From Glaesserella sp. (GTDB taxonomy: Bacteria; Pseudomonadota; Gammaproteobacteria; Enterobacterales; Pasteurellaceae): DNA of 64,000 nt. The notes beneath the pieces were generated by a model. It searched no databases and had not been told where the DNA came from. It worked only from the letters and a program-made list of their open reading frames with translations. Within the stretch, counting starts at the first letter, position 1. Every line of letters begins with the position of its first letter. The translations under genes were made by a program, and so were the position numbers. Of the stretch, positions 21,090-31,871 are shown piece after piece. Where the stretch lies: NCBI RefSeq assembly GCF_041817755.1, contig NZ_JBGYBX010000044.1, positions 12,573 through 76,572 on the forward strand. The letters are read 5' to 3'.

Positions 21090-23690
21090 ATGAAGATCGT
21101 AAAAATTATATTTAGTGCTTTACTTTCTCTCATAATTGTGGGGGGGATTGCAGCAGGGCTGCTTTATGTTCATTTAAAGAGTGATTTGCCGGATGTCGGC
21201 TCTCTTAAAACGGTCGAACTACAACAGCCGATGCAGATTTTTACTTCCGACGGTAAGTTAATCGGCGAGGTCGGTGAACAGCGACGTATCCCGGTTAAAC
21301 TGGCGGACGTACCTCAGACGTTAATTGATGCCGTTATCGCAACGGAAGATACCCGCTTTTATGATCATAAGGGTATTGATCCTAAAGGAATTTTACGAGC
21401 AATTTGGCGTTCCAGCCAAGGTGATACGCAAGGTGCGAGTACCATTACGCAGCAATTGGCGCGTAATTTCTTCCTTTCTCCGGAGCGTAAAATTGAGCGT
21501 AAGTTAAAAGAAGCGATTTTGGCGGTAGAAATTGAGCAAAGTTTAAGCAAAGATGAGATTTTAGAACTGTATCTGAATAAAATTTATTTAGGCTACCGTT
21601 CATACGGTGTTGCGGCGGCGGCAAAAACGTACTTCGGTAAAAAATTAAACGAATTGACGTTGTCGGAAATCGCCATTATTGCCGGCTTACCGAAGGCACC
21701 TTCGACGATGAACCCGCTCTATTCGGTAAAACGTGCCGAGAATCGACGTAATGTTGTGTTAGGGCGGATGCTGGAAGTCGGTAAAATCACGAAAGAGCAG
21801 TACGAACAGGCAAAAGCCGAACCGGTTAAAGCAAAATATTACGGGGCGTCTTTAGAATTTCGTGCGGATTATGTGACTGAGATGATTCGCCAAGAGATGG
21901 TTAAACGTTATGGCGAAGAAGTGGCTTATACCAAAGGTTTCCAAGTGTTTGCAACCGTGTTGTCGGCGGATCAGCAAGAAGCACAAAATGCATTAAGGGA
22001 TAATTTGATCGATTATGATCGCCGTCATGGTTGGCGGGGAGCTGAAAAATTATGGCAACCGAAAGACAGCGCATGGGATGAAGAGAAAATCATCGATCAT
22101 TTAAGTAAACTACCTCATTCTGAGCCGTTTATCGGTGCGGTGGTATTAAGTGTCAGTAAAGATAAAGCGGGCATTATTTTACCGAATGGTGATCGTGCGG
22201 AATTAAAATTGGCGAGTATGAAATGGGCGCGCAAATTCATTAATGATTCGGCTCAAGGCAGAACGCCGGTTTCAGTCAAAGACGTGATCGATGTCGGTGA
22301 ACAAATTTGGGTTCGTCAGGATGGAAAAGGAAATTGGGAATTAGGACAAATTCCGGAAGTGAATTCTGCGTTGGTTTCACTCAACAGCGATAATGGCGCA
22401 ATTGAGGCGATTGTCGGTGGATTCAGTTTTGAGCAAAGCCGTTTTAATCGTGCAACGCAATCGTTAGTTCAAGTCGGCTCTTCGATTAAACCGTTTATTT
22501 ATGCTGCCGCATTGAATAAAGGTTTGAGTTTGTCCACCACGCTCAGCGATACACCGATTACGATTAACAAACGCGGTCAAAAACCGTGGACTCCGAAAAA
22601 CTCACCGAATGTGTATGAAGGCTCGCTTCGTTTACGTGTCGGTTTGGGAAAATCGAAAAACGTGATGATGGTTCGTGCGGTTCAGATGGCGGGCGTCGAT
22701 TATGTGGCGGAATATTTACAACGTTTCGGATTCCAACGTGAACAGTATCAAGCAACGGAAGCGTTAGCGTTAGGTGCAGCGTCCTTTACGCCGCTTGAAA
22801 TGGCGCGCGGCTATGCCGTGTTTGATAACGGCGGATATTTGATTGAACCTTATATTATCGATCGTATTTTAGACAGCAACGGTAATGAATTGTTTAAAGC
22901 TAACCCGCCGATTGCTTGTATGAGTTGTAACGATATTCCGGTCATTTATCCGGAACCGCAATACTTTGATTTTATTAAAGTGGAAGAAAAGAAAGCGTCT
23001 GAACAAGCGGCGGAAGACGTTGTGGAAGCCCCGAAAGATGAAGACAACGATACGATTCCTGAATTGGATATCGAAACCAAAAATCGTGAAACGGCCCCAA
23101 GTTTGATGGCGGATTCATTGCAAACGACGAAAGAAGTGCGTTATGCGCCGCGTGTGATTAGCGGTGAAATTGCCTTCTTAATGCGTAGTGCCTTAACGAC
23201 AGCGATCACGGGAGAGAAAGGGCAAAGTTGGAAAGGTACTAGCTGGCGTGTCGCCAATGACATTAAACGTCGCGATATCGGCGGCAAAACCGGTACGACA
23301 AATAATGCGAAAGTCACGTGGTATGCCGGATTCGGCGCAAACATCGTGACGACCGTCTATGTCGGTTTTGATGACAATAAACGTGAATTAGGTCGTGGTG
23401 AAGCCGGAGCCCAAACGGCATTACCGGCTTGGATTAAATACATGAAGGTTGCCCTGTCGGATAAACCGGAGCGTGAAGAAACGCTTCCGCCGAATATTGT
23501 TGAAGCGAAAATTGATCCGGTCAGCGGCTTTTTAGGTGACGGGTTGACGGAATACTTCATTAAAGGAACCGAGCCGACACGACGCTACATTGTAGAAAAA
23601 GCGATTCAAGATCCGAATCCGGCATTAAATCAGCGCTTAGGTTTACCTCCGCCGGGTATACTCAAAATAGATGGCGGAGAATTGTTCTAA
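21090..23690 (+). CDS. mrcA: penicillin-binding protein 1A (bifunctional transglycosylase/transpeptidase)
   Basis: GT51 motifs EDTRFYDHKGID and ITQQLARN; transpeptidase motifs SSIKP and KTGTTN. Start taken at MKIVKIIFSAL (21090). Confidence 0.95.
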   Translation: MKIVKIIFSALLSLIIVGGIAAGLLYVHLKSDLPDVGSLKTVELQQPMQIFTSDGKLIGEVGEQRRIPVKLADVPQTLIDAVIATEDTRFYDHKGIDPKGILRAIWRSSQGDTQGASTITQQLARNFFLSPERKIERKLKEAILAVEIEQSLSKDEILELYLNKIYLGYRSYGVAAAAKTYFGKKLNELTLSEIAIIAGLPKAPSTMNPLYSVKRAENRRNVVLGRMLEVGKITKEQYEQAKAEPVKAKYYGASLEFRADYVTEMIRQEMVKRYGEEVAYTKGFQVFATVLSADQQEAQNALRDNLIDYDRRHGWRGAEKLWQPKDSAWDEEKIIDHLSKLPHSEPFIGAVVLSVSKDKAGIILPNGDRAELKLASMKWARKFINDSAQGRTPVSVKDVIDVGEQIWVRQDGKGNWELGQIPEVNSALVSLNSDNGAIEAIVGGFSFEQSRFNRATQSLVQVGSSIKPFIYAAALNKGLSLSTTLSDTPITINKRGQKPWTPKNSPNVYEGSLRLRVGLGKSKNVMMVRAVQMAGVDYVAEYLQRFGFQREQYQATEALALGAASFTPLEMARGYAVFDNGGYLIEPYIIDRILDSNGNELFKANPPIACMSCNDIPVIYPEPQYFDFIKVEEKKASEQAAEDVVEAPKDEDNDTIPELDIETKNRETAPSLMADSLQTTKEVRYAPRVISGEIAFLMRSALTTAITGEKGQSWKGTSWRVANDIKRRDIGGKTGTTNNAKVTWYAGFGANIVTTVYVGFDDNKRELGRGEAGAQTALPAWIKYMKVALSDKPEREETLPPNIVEAKIDPVSGFLGDGLTEYFIKGTEPTRRYIVEKAIQDPNPALNQRLGLPPPGILKIDGGELF

Positions 23691-23724
23691 ATATGCAGGA
23701 TTATTCTTGTTTAGGTTGAAAAGA

Positions 23725-23764
23725 GGGGCGATTTATTGAGATAATATCGCCCATCTTTATTTTG
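23725..23764 (+). terminator. intrinsic terminator after mrcA
   Basis: GGGCGAT (23726-32) / ATCGCCC (23746-52), followed by a T-rich tail. Confidence 0.55.
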
Positions 23765-23834
23765 GGCGATTTGTGGTGTATTTAACGTATAAGTGTTTTA
23801 TTTTTTTAATCACTTTTGTAAAATTTAACTTAAA

Positions 23835-23870
23835 ACAGACCGCTTGTATCGTACAAGCGGTCTGTTTTTT
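23835..23870 (+). terminator. USS inverted-pair hairpin terminator
   Basis: 14-bp stem ACAGACCGCTTGTA / TACAAGCGGTCTGT with a 3-nt loop, then T6. Confidence 0.75.
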
Positions 23871-23924
23871 CCGAAAATTTACTACAAATCGAATGTTGCT
23901 AAATGATATTTATATAGAAAAAGA

Positions 23925-24446
23925 ATGGCAGAAAAACGTAATATTTTCTTAATCGGTCCGATGGGTGCTGGCAAAAGCACGATTGGTCGCCAATTGGCTC
24001 AAATGTTGAATATGGATTTTTTAGATTCCGACGCAGTGATTGAAGAGCGTGCCGGCGCGGATATTGATTGGATCTTTGATATTGAAGGTGAAGCGGGCTT
24101 TCGCAAACGCGAAGAACGGATCATTAATGAATTGACTCAGGCGCAAGGGCTTGTACTTTCAACCGGCGGCGGCTCGATTTTATCTAAGGACAATCGTAAT
24201 GTGTTATCCGCACGAGGCATTGTGGTGTATTTGGAAACAACAGTGGACAAACAATTCGAACGTACTCAACGTGATAAAAAACGTCCTTTGTTACAAACGG
24301 AAGATCCTTATCAGACATTACAAGCATTAGCCAAAGTTCGTAATCCGCTTTATGAAGAGATTGCGGATATCACCATTCAAACCGATGAGCAGAGCGCAAA
24401 AGTGGTTGCGACTCAAATCATTGAAATGATGGATAATTTACAGTAA
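23925..24446 (+). CDS. aroK: shikimate kinase
   Basis: 173 aa with P-loop [12 protein letters not shown]. Confidence 0.95.
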   Translation: MAEKRNIFLIGPMGAGKSTIGRQLAQMLNMDFLDSDAVIEERAGADIDWIFDIEGEAGFRKREERIINELTQAQGLVLSTGGGSILSKDNRNVLSARGIVVYLETTVDKQFERTQRDKKRPLLQTEDPYQTLQALAKVRNPLYEEIADITIQTDEQSAKVVATQIIEMMDNLQ

Positions 24447-24460
24447 TCAAGGAGTCCGAG

Positions 24461-25549
24461 ATGTTGCAGGTCAATGTGGAGTTAAAAGAGCGTCGTTATC
24501 CGATTTCTATCGGAGCCGGTTTGTTAAACCGGGCGGAAAGTTATCATCCGTTAAAATCTGGGGATAAGGTAATGATTGTGTCCAATCCAACGATTGCCCC
24601 GCACTATCTTGAAACAGTTAAAAATACGTTGTCGGCACTAGGCTGTCAGGTTGATTCGGTATTGATTCCGGACGGTGAAAAATATAAAACGCTGGATTCA
24701 TTAAATCTCATTTTTACGGCGCTGTTGGAAAAAAATCATAATCGCGATACCACCTTAATTGCATTAGGCGGCGGTGTGATAGGGGATGTGGCGGGGTATG
24801 CGGCGGCATCTTATCAACGCGGTATCCGTTTTATTCAAATTCCGACAACATTGCTGGCGCAAGTGGATTCCTCGGTTGGTGGTAAAACGGCGGTTAATCA
24901 TCTGCTCGGCAAAAATATGATTGGGGCGTTTTATCAGCCGATTTCCGTGATTGTCGACACAGATACCTTAAAAACACTGGATAAGCGCGAAGTGAGTGCC
25001 GGATTGGCGGAAGTCATCAAATACGGTGCGATTTTTGACATTCGGTTTTTTGAGTGGTTAGAACAGCATATCGATGATTTGGTCGCTTTGGAGCAAAGTG
25101 CGTTGGAATACTGTATTCAACGTTGTTGCCAATTGAAAGCGGATGTGGTAGTGCGTGATGAAACAGAGAAAGGCGATCGTGCTTTACTTAACTTAGGTCA
25201 TACGTTCGGACATGCCATTGAAGCGCATTTGGGCTATGGCAATTGGTTACATGGTGAAGCGGTAGCCGTCGGAATGTTGGAAGCGGCGGCGCTATCTCAT
25301 ATTTTAGGGGACTTGACCGAGTATGATGTCGCCCGCTTGGAAAAATTAATTGCACGAGCGAATTTACCGACGGTTTCGCCGGACGGCATGCAACCGGAAG
25401 AATATCTGCCGTATATGTGGCGTGATAAAAAAGTATTAAGCGGAAAATTGCGCTTAATTTTATTAAAAGCATTGGGTGTGTCTTATGTCACATCTCAAGC
25501 GACGGAACAACAAGTTTTAGACGCCATCACGCGTTTCACACAACAATAA
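24461..25549 (+). CDS. aroB: 3-dehydroquinate synthase
   Basis: 362 aa with [14 protein letters not shown] and [12 protein letters not shown] motifs. aroK-aroB synteny. Confidence 0.95.
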   Translation: MLQVNVELKERRYPISIGAGLLNRAESYHPLKSGDKVMIVSNPTIAPHYLETVKNTLSALGCQVDSVLIPDGEKYKTLDSLNLIFTALLEKNHNRDTTLIALGGGVIGDVAGYAAASYQRGIRFIQIPTTLLAQVDSSVGGKTAVNHLLGKNMIGAFYQPISVIVDTDTLKTLDKREVSAGLAEVIKYGAIFDIRFFEWLEQHIDDLVALEQSALEYCIQRCCQLKADVVVRDETEKGDRALLNLGHTFGHAIEAHLGYGNWLHGEAVAVGMLEAAALSHILGDLTEYDVARLEKLIARANLPTVSPDGMQPEEYLPYMWRDKKVLSGKLRLILLKALGVSYVTSQATEQQVLDAITRFTQQ

Positions 25550-25553
25550 TTTC

Positions 25554-26378
25554 ATGACAACAAAACAGCGGGCCTTTTTAAAATGGGCGGGCGGAAAGTA
25601 TCGCCTGACAGATGAAATTTATCGTCATTTGCCAAAAAAGGCTTGTTTGGTTGAGCCTTTCGTCGGAGCCGGCTCCGTCTTTCTAAACACCCGATTCGAA
25701 CGTTATCTGTTAGCGGATATCAATCCTGATTTGATTAACCTGTTTAATATTATTAAGCAGGATGTTGAAACTTATATTCAGCATACAAAAGCCTTGTTCG
25801 AGCAGGAGCAGGCGAATACCGCCGTATTTTATTACGAACGCCGCAAAGAATTTAATCAGTCGACGGATGTTTTTCGCAGGGCGGTACTTTTTCTCTATTT
25901 GAATCGGTTTGGTTTTAACGGTCTGTGTCGTTATAACAAAAAAAATGAATATAACGTCCCTTTCGGCGAATATAAAACCCATTATTTTCCTGAAAAAGAA
26001 TTACGTTTTTTTGCGGAAAAAGCACAACATGCGACATTTATTTGTGCGGATTTTCATCAAACTTTCCGTTATTTAACGGATAATCCTGATGACTACGTTG
26101 TTTATTGCGATCCGCCGTATGCGCCGCTTGAACAAGAAAGTAACTTTACCGCTTATGCCGGCGGCGGTTTTAGTTTGGAACAGCAGATCGCCTTGGCAGA
26201 ATATGCAAGAAAAGCGCAGCAGGCAAATATTCCGGTGCTGATTTCTAATCATGATACGGATTTTACCCGTAAAATCTATCATGGCGCGGACATTAAGCAC
26301 TTCAAAGTACAACGCCAAATCAGCCAAAGTATCCATTCCCGCGTGAAAGTGAGTGAGCTTTTCGCACTCTTTTTATAA
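25554..26378 (+). CDS. dam: DNA adenine methyltransferase (Dam, GATC-specific family)
   Basis: FLKWAGGKY, SAM motif EPFVGAGSV, catalytic DPPY (CDPPYAP). It follows aroB directly, with no damX. Confidence 0.9.
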   Translation: MTTKQRAFLKWAGGKYRLTDEIYRHLPKKACLVEPFVGAGSVFLNTRFERYLLADINPDLINLFNIIKQDVETYIQHTKALFEQEQANTAVFYYERRKEFNQSTDVFRRAVLFLYLNRFGFNGLCRYNKKNEYNVPFGEYKTHYFPEKELRFFAEKAQHATFICADFHQTFRYLTDNPDDYVVYCDPPYAPLEQESNFTAYAGGGFSLEQQIALAEYARKAQQANIPVLISNHDTDFTRKIYHGADIKHFKVQRQISQSIHSRVKVSELFALFL

Positions 26379-26499
26379 TCTCCCACTGTGTAATAGTTTT
26401 TGGATTAAAGTAGATTAGCCCTAAATTTTGTCGCTTTAATATACTTAAAACGACAATCTTTCCTTCTGCCCTTAGCGTTTTTTTAACATATTAAGCAAA

Positions 26500-27171
26500 T
26501 CAGACCGCTTGTAACGGCAGTTGCCAGTTAATTTCCGTTAAGCCTTGCTGCCGTAAATAATCATTCGCCTTAGAAAAATGGCGGCATCCCAAAAAACCAC
26601 GGTGTGCCGATAGCGGTGACGGGTGAGGGGCGGTTAATACACAGTGGCGGCGTCGGTCAATAAATTGTCCTTTTTTTTGGGCATGGCTACCCCATAATAA
26701 AAAAACAAGATGATCACGCTGTTGGTTTAATTGGTGAATCACTTTATCCGTAAACGTTTCCCAACCGATATTCGCATGAGAATGCGCTTTACCCTGTTCA
26801 ACGGTCAGCACCGTATTGAGCAACAATACGCCTTGTTTTGCCCATTCAACCAAATAACCGTGCTGCGGAATTTGAAAACCGACATCTTGTGCCAGTTCTT
26901 TGTACATATTCAATAGTGACGGTGGCGGTACAACACCCGGCTTGACCGAAAATGATAACCCGTGCGCTTGATTTGGTCCGTGGTAAGGATCTTGTCCTAA
27001 AATTACCACTTTTACATCCGAGAATTCCGTCAAAGCAAAGGCACTGAATACTTCATGCGAAGGCGGATAAATCACTTTACCGTTTAAGCGCTCTTGCTGG
27101 ACAAACTGTAATATTTGTTGAAAATAAGGCTGTGATTTTTCATCACCAATGGCTTCTTTCCATGTATTCAT
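26500..27171 (-). CDS. ung: uracil-DNA glycosylase
   Basis: 223 aa with [18 protein letters not shown] and HPSPLSA motifs. Confidence 0.97.
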   Translation of the reverse strand: MNTWKEAIGDEKSQPYFQQILQFVQQERLNGKVIYPPSHEVFSAFALTEFSDVKVVILGQDPYHGPNQAHGLSFSVKPGVVPPPSLLNMYKELAQDVGFQIPQHGYLVEWAKQGVLLLNTVLTVEQGKAHSHANIGWETFTDKVIHQLNQQRDHLVFLLWGSHAQKKGQFIDRRRHCVLTAPHPSPLSAHRGFLGCRHFSKANDYLRQQGLTEINWQLPLQAV

Positions 27172-27372
27172 TTTAAAACCCTTGTTAATATATAGTTAAT
27201 GATAAGAATTTATTGTTAAAAATAGATTGTTATTTATACAACTTTCAACTTTTTTTAGAAAAATACTGAAATTTTTCTCGCTTTTTAATGTGGAGAGGTT
27301 AGAATACTCAAAATTTTTTGAAAAAATCAAATTTTTTGATAATCCTTTCCCCAACACACAGGAGCATTAAAC

Positions 27373-27756
27373 ATGATTAAAGGTGTACAAATTACCGAAT
27401 CCGCAAACAAAAATCTATTAAACTCTTTCTGGTTGTTAGATGAAGAAAAAAACGAAGCGCGTTGCTTAGTTGCTAAAGGTGATTTCCAAGAAGACCAAGT
27501 CGTTGCAATCAGCGAATTAGGTCAAATCGCATATCGCGAAGTACCGGTAAACGTCGCACCGACCATTAAAGTTGAAGGCGGTCAGCACTTAAACGTAAAC
27601 GTGTTACGTCGCGAAACATTGGAAGATGCGGTGAAAAACCCTGAAAAATATCCTCAATTAACTATCCGCGTATCCGGTTATGCCGTGCGTTTCAACTCAC
27701 TTACGCCGGAACAACAACGTGATGTAATCACCCGTACATTCACTGAAAGCTTATAA
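27373..27756 (+). CDS. grcA: autonomous glycyl radical cofactor GrcA (YfiD)
   Basis: 127 aa with the glycyl-radical motif [14 protein letters not shown]. ung-grcA adjacency as in E. coli. Confidence 0.95.
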   Translation: MIKGVQITESANKNLLNSFWLLDEEKNEARCLVAKGDFQEDQVVAISELGQIAYREVPVNVAPTIKVEGGQHLNVNVLRRETLEDAVKNPEKYPQLTIRVSGYAVRFNSLTPEQQRDVITRTFTESL

Positions 27757-27818
27757 TTTTTCGGTTTTATGATAGGCAAAGGATGCCTTTAGCCCGATTA
27801 ATATATTGTACGACGTAG

Positions 27819-27846
27819 TAAAGCTCCCGCAAGGGAGCTTTTTTGT
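27819..27846 (+). terminator. intrinsic terminator of grcA
   Basis: AAGCTCCC-GCAA-GGGAGCTT followed by a T-run. Confidence 0.85.
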
Positions 27847-28006
27847 TCTCGTGAAAATATTCTCAGTGAATCATCCGCTTAAATCATATCACATGAATTA
27901 ACGAGTATGTTTTTGTCGTACCGTTTTTCTTGATGGATTTCTCGCTTACAACCTGCCGTAAACCTGATAAAATCCGTCTAATTTTTTGCAATCAAAAACA
28001 CATTCT

Positions 28007-29953
28007 ATGGCTTTAATTAACCTTTCTAACGCCTATTTAGGCTTTGGCGATCATCCACTACTTGATCACACCGAATTACACATTGAACAGGGCGAACGTG
28101 TCTGTCTTGTCGGACGAAACGGGGCAGGCAAATCGACCCTAATGAAAGTGCTGGCTGGCGAAGTTCAGCTAGACGATGGCAAATTGATTTTTGAAAAAGA
28201 TATTGTTGTCACTCGTTTAGAACAAGATCCGCCCCGACATATTGAAGATACTGTGTTTGATTATGTCGCAGAAGGGATTGCACATTTAGCCGATCTTTTA
28301 AAGCAATATCACCACATTTCGCAACAAATGCTGACAGATTACAGCGATACGCTGATGTCGCAACTTTCGCAAGTTCAGGCTCAACTGGAACACGCTAACG
28401 GTTGGCAGTTTGAAAACCGTATTCAAGATACGTTGAAGCTGTTAGAGCTTGACCCAGAAAAACGTTTGTGCGAGCTGTCGGGCGGTTGGGTTCGCCGTGC
28501 GGCGTTGGCGCGTGCGTTGGTGGCGGATCCAGATGTGTTACTGTTGGACGAACCGACCAACCATTTAGATGTGGATACGATTGCTTGGTTAGAAAATCTG
28601 TTGTTAGAGTTTAAAGGCAGTATTATTTTCATCTCTCACGACCGTGCTTTTATTCGCAAAATGGCAACTCGCATTGTCGATTTAGATCGGGGCAAACTGG
28701 TTTCCTATCCTAGTAATTACGATGTTTACCTTGAAACTAAAGCCGAAGATCTGCGTGTAGAAGCCTTACAAAATGAGCTGTTTGATAAAAAATTAGCCCA
28801 AGAAGAAGTTTGGATCCGCCAAGGAATTAAAGCTCGTCGCACTCGTAATGAAGGGCGTGTGCGAGCCTTGAAAGCCTTGCGAGAAGAGCGTAAAGCACGC
28901 CGAGAAGTACAAGGCACGGTAAAAATTCAGCTCGATCAAACCGCTCGTTCAGGCAAAATTGTGTTTGAAGTGGAAAATGCCAGCTACGAAGTGGCAGGTA
29001 AAACCTTGCTGAAAAACTTCAGCACCACGATTTTGCGTGGCGATAAAATTGCTTTTATCGGGGCAAACGGAATTGGCAAAACGACCTTAATTAAACTGTT
29101 GCTTGGCGAAATTCAGCCGACAGCAGGGACGGTACGTTGTGGCACTAAGCTAGAAGTCGCGTATTTCGATCAATACCGTGCAGAGCTAGATCCTGAAAAA
29201 ACGGTAATGGATAACGTGGCGGACGGCAAACAAGATATTGAAGTCAATGGGGTAAAACGCCACGTACTTGGTTATTTGCAAGACTTCCTATTTCCGCCGA
29301 AACGGGCGATGACCCCAGTCAAAGCCTTATCGGGCGGTGAACGTAACCGCTTGTTATTAGCTAAATTATTGCTAAAACCAAATAACTTACTGATTTTGGA
29401 CGAACCTACCAACGACCTTGATGTAGAAACCTTAGAGCTACTGGAAGAGATGTTGGCGGATTATCAAGGCACTTTGATTATAGTCAGCCACGACCGTCAA
29501 TTTATCGACAATACCGCAACGGAATGCTACATCTTTGAAGGCGAAGGGGTAGTGAATAAATATATCGGCGGCTACCATGATGCGAAGCAACAGCAGGCGA
29601 ATTATTTTGCAACATTAGAAGCAAACAAGCGGTCAGATTCAGCGAAAAATGTGCAAAAAATGGAAGAGAAAGCACCGCTTGTTGAACCTGAAAAGCCAAG
29701 ACAAGATATGGCTAAAAAAGTCAAACTTTCTTATAAAGAGCAACGAGAGTTAGAAGCCCTGCCTGAAAAAATGGAACAGCTTGAAGCAGAAATTGAAGCC
29801 TTACAAGCCGAAGTGAATAGTGCGGATTTCTTTGCTAAAGATCCGAGCTATACTCAAGCTCAGTTACAAAAATTAGCGGATACGGAAATGGCGTTAGAGC
29901 AAGCGTTTGAACGTTGGGAAGCGCTTGAGAATATTAAGAATGGTGTAGTTTAA
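28007..29953 (+). CDS. uup: ABC-F family ATPase Uup
   Basis: Two ABC cassettes (GRNGAGKST, LSGGWVRR / GANGIGKTT, LSGGERNR) and a C-terminal coiled-coil domain. Start taken at MALINLSNAY. Confidence 0.9.
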   Translation: MALINLSNAYLGFGDHPLLDHTELHIEQGERVCLVGRNGAGKSTLMKVLAGEVQLDDGKLIFEKDIVVTRLEQDPPRHIEDTVFDYVAEGIAHLADLLKQYHHISQQMLTDYSDTLMSQLSQVQAQLEHANGWQFENRIQDTLKLLELDPEKRLCELSGGWVRRAALARALVADPDVLLLDEPTNHLDVDTIAWLENLLLEFKGSIIFISHDRAFIRKMATRIVDLDRGKLVSYPSNYDVYLETKAEDLRVEALQNELFDKKLAQEEVWIRQGIKARRTRNEGRVRALKALREERKARREVQGTVKIQLDQTARSGKIVFEVENASYEVAGKTLLKNFSTTILRGDKIAFIGANGIGKTTLIKLLLGEIQPTAGTVRCGTKLEVAYFDQYRAELDPEKTVMDNVADGKQDIEVNGVKRHVLGYLQDFLFPPKRAMTPVKALSGGERNRLLLAKLLLKPNNLLILDEPTNDLDVETLELLEEMLADYQGTLIIVSHDRQFIDNTATECYIFEGEGVVNKYIGGYHDAKQQQANYFATLEANKRSDSAKNVQKMEEKAPLVEPEKPRQDMAKKVKLSYKEQRELEALPEKMEQLEAEIEALQAEVNSADFFAKDPSYTQAQLQKLADTEMALEQAFERWEALENIKNGVV

Positions 29954-30044
29954 TATTCGTGAATACAGTTATCCAAAATTTTAGGATAACTGCCGATGTT
30001 ATTATCATTATAATTTATCCGCAATAATTGCTATGGGGTAGATA

Positions 30045-30803
30045 ATGAAACATGAAATTCAAGATAAATTAAAGCATATCAGCCAAGAAGAGCATATTAA
30101 TTTCCTATTAGCTGTGGAAAGCGGTAGTCGGGCGTGGGGATTTCCTTCTCCAGATAGTGATTACGATGTGCGGGCGGTTTTTATTCGTCCGCAACAAGCT
30201 TATTTATCTATTGAAGAACCGAAATCGACGTTTGAATATATTGAAAATCAATGGTTTGATGTTGGCGGATGGGATCTACGCAAGGTATTACAATTATTAC
30301 GTAAATCCAATGCCGTATTATTAGAATGGTTTAATTCGCCTATTGTTTATCAACAGCAAGAGGTATTTGTCAAAGATATTTCTCCGCTTTTAAATGAATA
30401 TTTTCAAGTGGCTCCCATAGTGCATCATTATCGTGGTATCGCAAAAAACGCATTATCGCAATTAGATTTAAATCACGAAATAAAATTGAAAAAATGGTTT
30501 TATGTATTGCGCCCGTTATTAGCAGCCGATTGGGCAGCAAAGAAAAAAACAATTCCGCCAATGAATATTTTTCAACTTTATCTAGATTTGTCGAATACTT
30601 TAAAAGCGGAAATTGACGAATTAATCAATTTAAAAGCAACACAACCTGAGAGCTATTTACATCAATTATCTTCAACATTAATTCGATTTACTCACGATAT
30701 ATATAACGAAATTGATAATTTGCAAATTATTCCTGAAAACAGACCGCTTGCAGTAGAACCTTTGAACGAATTATTTATAAAGACATTAAATAGAATAAGA
30801 TGA
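30045..30803 (+). CDS. Pol-beta-superfamily nucleotidyltransferase, RlaP/PF10127-like (paralog 1)
   Basis: 252 aa. Catalytic hGS...DxD signature VESGSRAWGFPSPDSDYDVRAVF, then WDLRKVLQLLRKSNAVLLEWFNSP. The stop overlaps the next start (ATGA). Confidence 0.75.
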   Translation: MKHEIQDKLKHISQEEHINFLLAVESGSRAWGFPSPDSDYDVRAVFIRPQQAYLSIEEPKSTFEYIENQWFDVGGWDLRKVLQLLRKSNAVLLEWFNSPIVYQQQEVFVKDISPLLNEYFQVAPIVHHYRGIAKNALSQLDLNHEIKLKKWFYVLRPLLAADWAAKKKTIPPMNIFQLYLDLSNTLKAEIDELINLKATQPESYLHQLSSTLIRFTHDIYNEIDNLQIIPENRPLAVEPLNELFIKTLNRIR

Positions 30804-31864
30804 ACTTAACGATTCAAGATTTAAAAGATCAAAATCTGATTTTATTTGAAGTGATTTCAGGTAGCCGTGCTTATGGGCTTGATTTACCACATTCAGATAC
30901 GGATATTCGAGGAGTATTTTATTTGCCGGATAATGCGTTATATGGTTTGAATTATATTCCGCAAGTTAATAATGAAACAAATGATGAAGTTTATTTTGAA
31001 CTTGGGAGATTTGTTGAATTATTACTACAAAATAATCCTAACGTGTTGGAATTGTTAGCTTCACCAGAGCATTGCATATTATATCGACATCCACTTATGG
31101 ATTTATTAAAGAGTGATTATTTTATTTCTAAGCAATGTCAGCAAAGTTTTGCAGGATATGCCTTTGGACAAATAAAAAAAGCTCGTGGGTTAAATAAAAA
31201 AATTGTTAATCCTATTCCTAAAGAGAAAAAAAGCTTATTAGAATTTTGTTTTGTTCTTGAACAAGATAAATCCATTCCATTAAATAAGTGGTTGGTTGAC
31301 TCAAATTTAAACCAAAAACAGCTTGGATTAGTTGCGATAGAACATGCTAAAAATCTTTATGCGGTATTTTTAGACCGAGATTGTCAGTTGGGTTATCAAG
31401 GCGTGATGAAGAATGAAGAAGATTCGGTTATCCTGAAAAGTCGGGTTGAGAAAGGCTTATCACCGGTGACTTATTTGATCTTTAATCAAGAAGGCTTTAG
31501 CAGCTATTGCCGAGATTACCAGTCTTATTGGCAGTGGGTGGAAGAACGAAATGAAGAGCGTTACAACAATAACCAAGCGCATGGTCAACAGTATGATTCA
31601 AAAAACGTAATGCATACTTTCCGTTTATTAGAAACGGCAAAAGAGATTGCATTATATGGTGAAATTCGTGTTCACCGACCAAATAGAGAGGCGCTATTGG
31701 CAATCCGTCGCGGTGAATTTACTTATGAAGAACTGATTTTGCGATCGGAGCAACTCATGGCGGAAATTGAAGTACTGTTTGCTCAATCCGATTTACCTGA
31801 ACGTGCAGATCGTGAACAAGCAATACAGGCTCTGGTTGCAATCCGCCGGCAATTATATCGATGA
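30800..31864 (+). CDS. Pol-beta-superfamily nucleotidyltransferase, RlaP/PF10127-like (paralog 2, longer C-terminal domain)
   Basis: 354 aa. ISGSRAYGLDLPHSDTDIRGVF, then FELGRFVELLLQNNPNVLELLASP, which parallels paralog 1. Confidence 0.75.
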   Translation: MNLTIQDLKDQNLILFEVISGSRAYGLDLPHSDTDIRGVFYLPDNALYGLNYIPQVNNETNDEVYFELGRFVELLLQNNPNVLELLASPEHCILYRHPLMDLLKSDYFISKQCQQSFAGYAFGQIKKARGLNKKIVNPIPKEKKSLLEFCFVLEQDKSIPLNKWLVDSNLNQKQLGLVAIEHAKNLYAVFLDRDCQLGYQGVMKNEEDSVILKSRVEKGLSPVTYLIFNQEGFSSYCRDYQSYWQWVEERNEERYNNNQAHGQQYDSKNVMHTFRLLETAKEIALYGEIRVHRPNREALLAIRRGEFTYEELILRSEQLMAEIEVLFAQSDLPERADREQAIQALVAIRRQLYR

Positions 31865-31871
31865 GAATAAC

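Noticed and set aside
23765..23834. Possible sRNA between the two tandem plus-strand terminators downstream of mrcA
   Set aside because: No acceptable -35/-10 pair was found in the 70-nt interval. The second hairpin is more simply a USS pair.
27318..27340. FNR-like sequence TTGAAAAAATCAA / ATCAAATTTTTTGAT upstream of grcA
   Set aside because: The first has a 5-nt centre rather than the 6 nt between TTGA and TCAA in TTGAT-N4-ATCAA. The second is in the reversed (ATCAA...TTGAT) arrangement. Both lie downstream of the best -10 candidate. FNR control is plausible biologically but is not shown by the sequence.
31767..31871. ORF-track N-terminal extension of tcdA overlapping the second nucleotidyltransferase
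   Set aside because: The extension has no similarity to TcdA. The conserved N-terminus (…QRFGG..RLY) begins right after the ATG at 31872.
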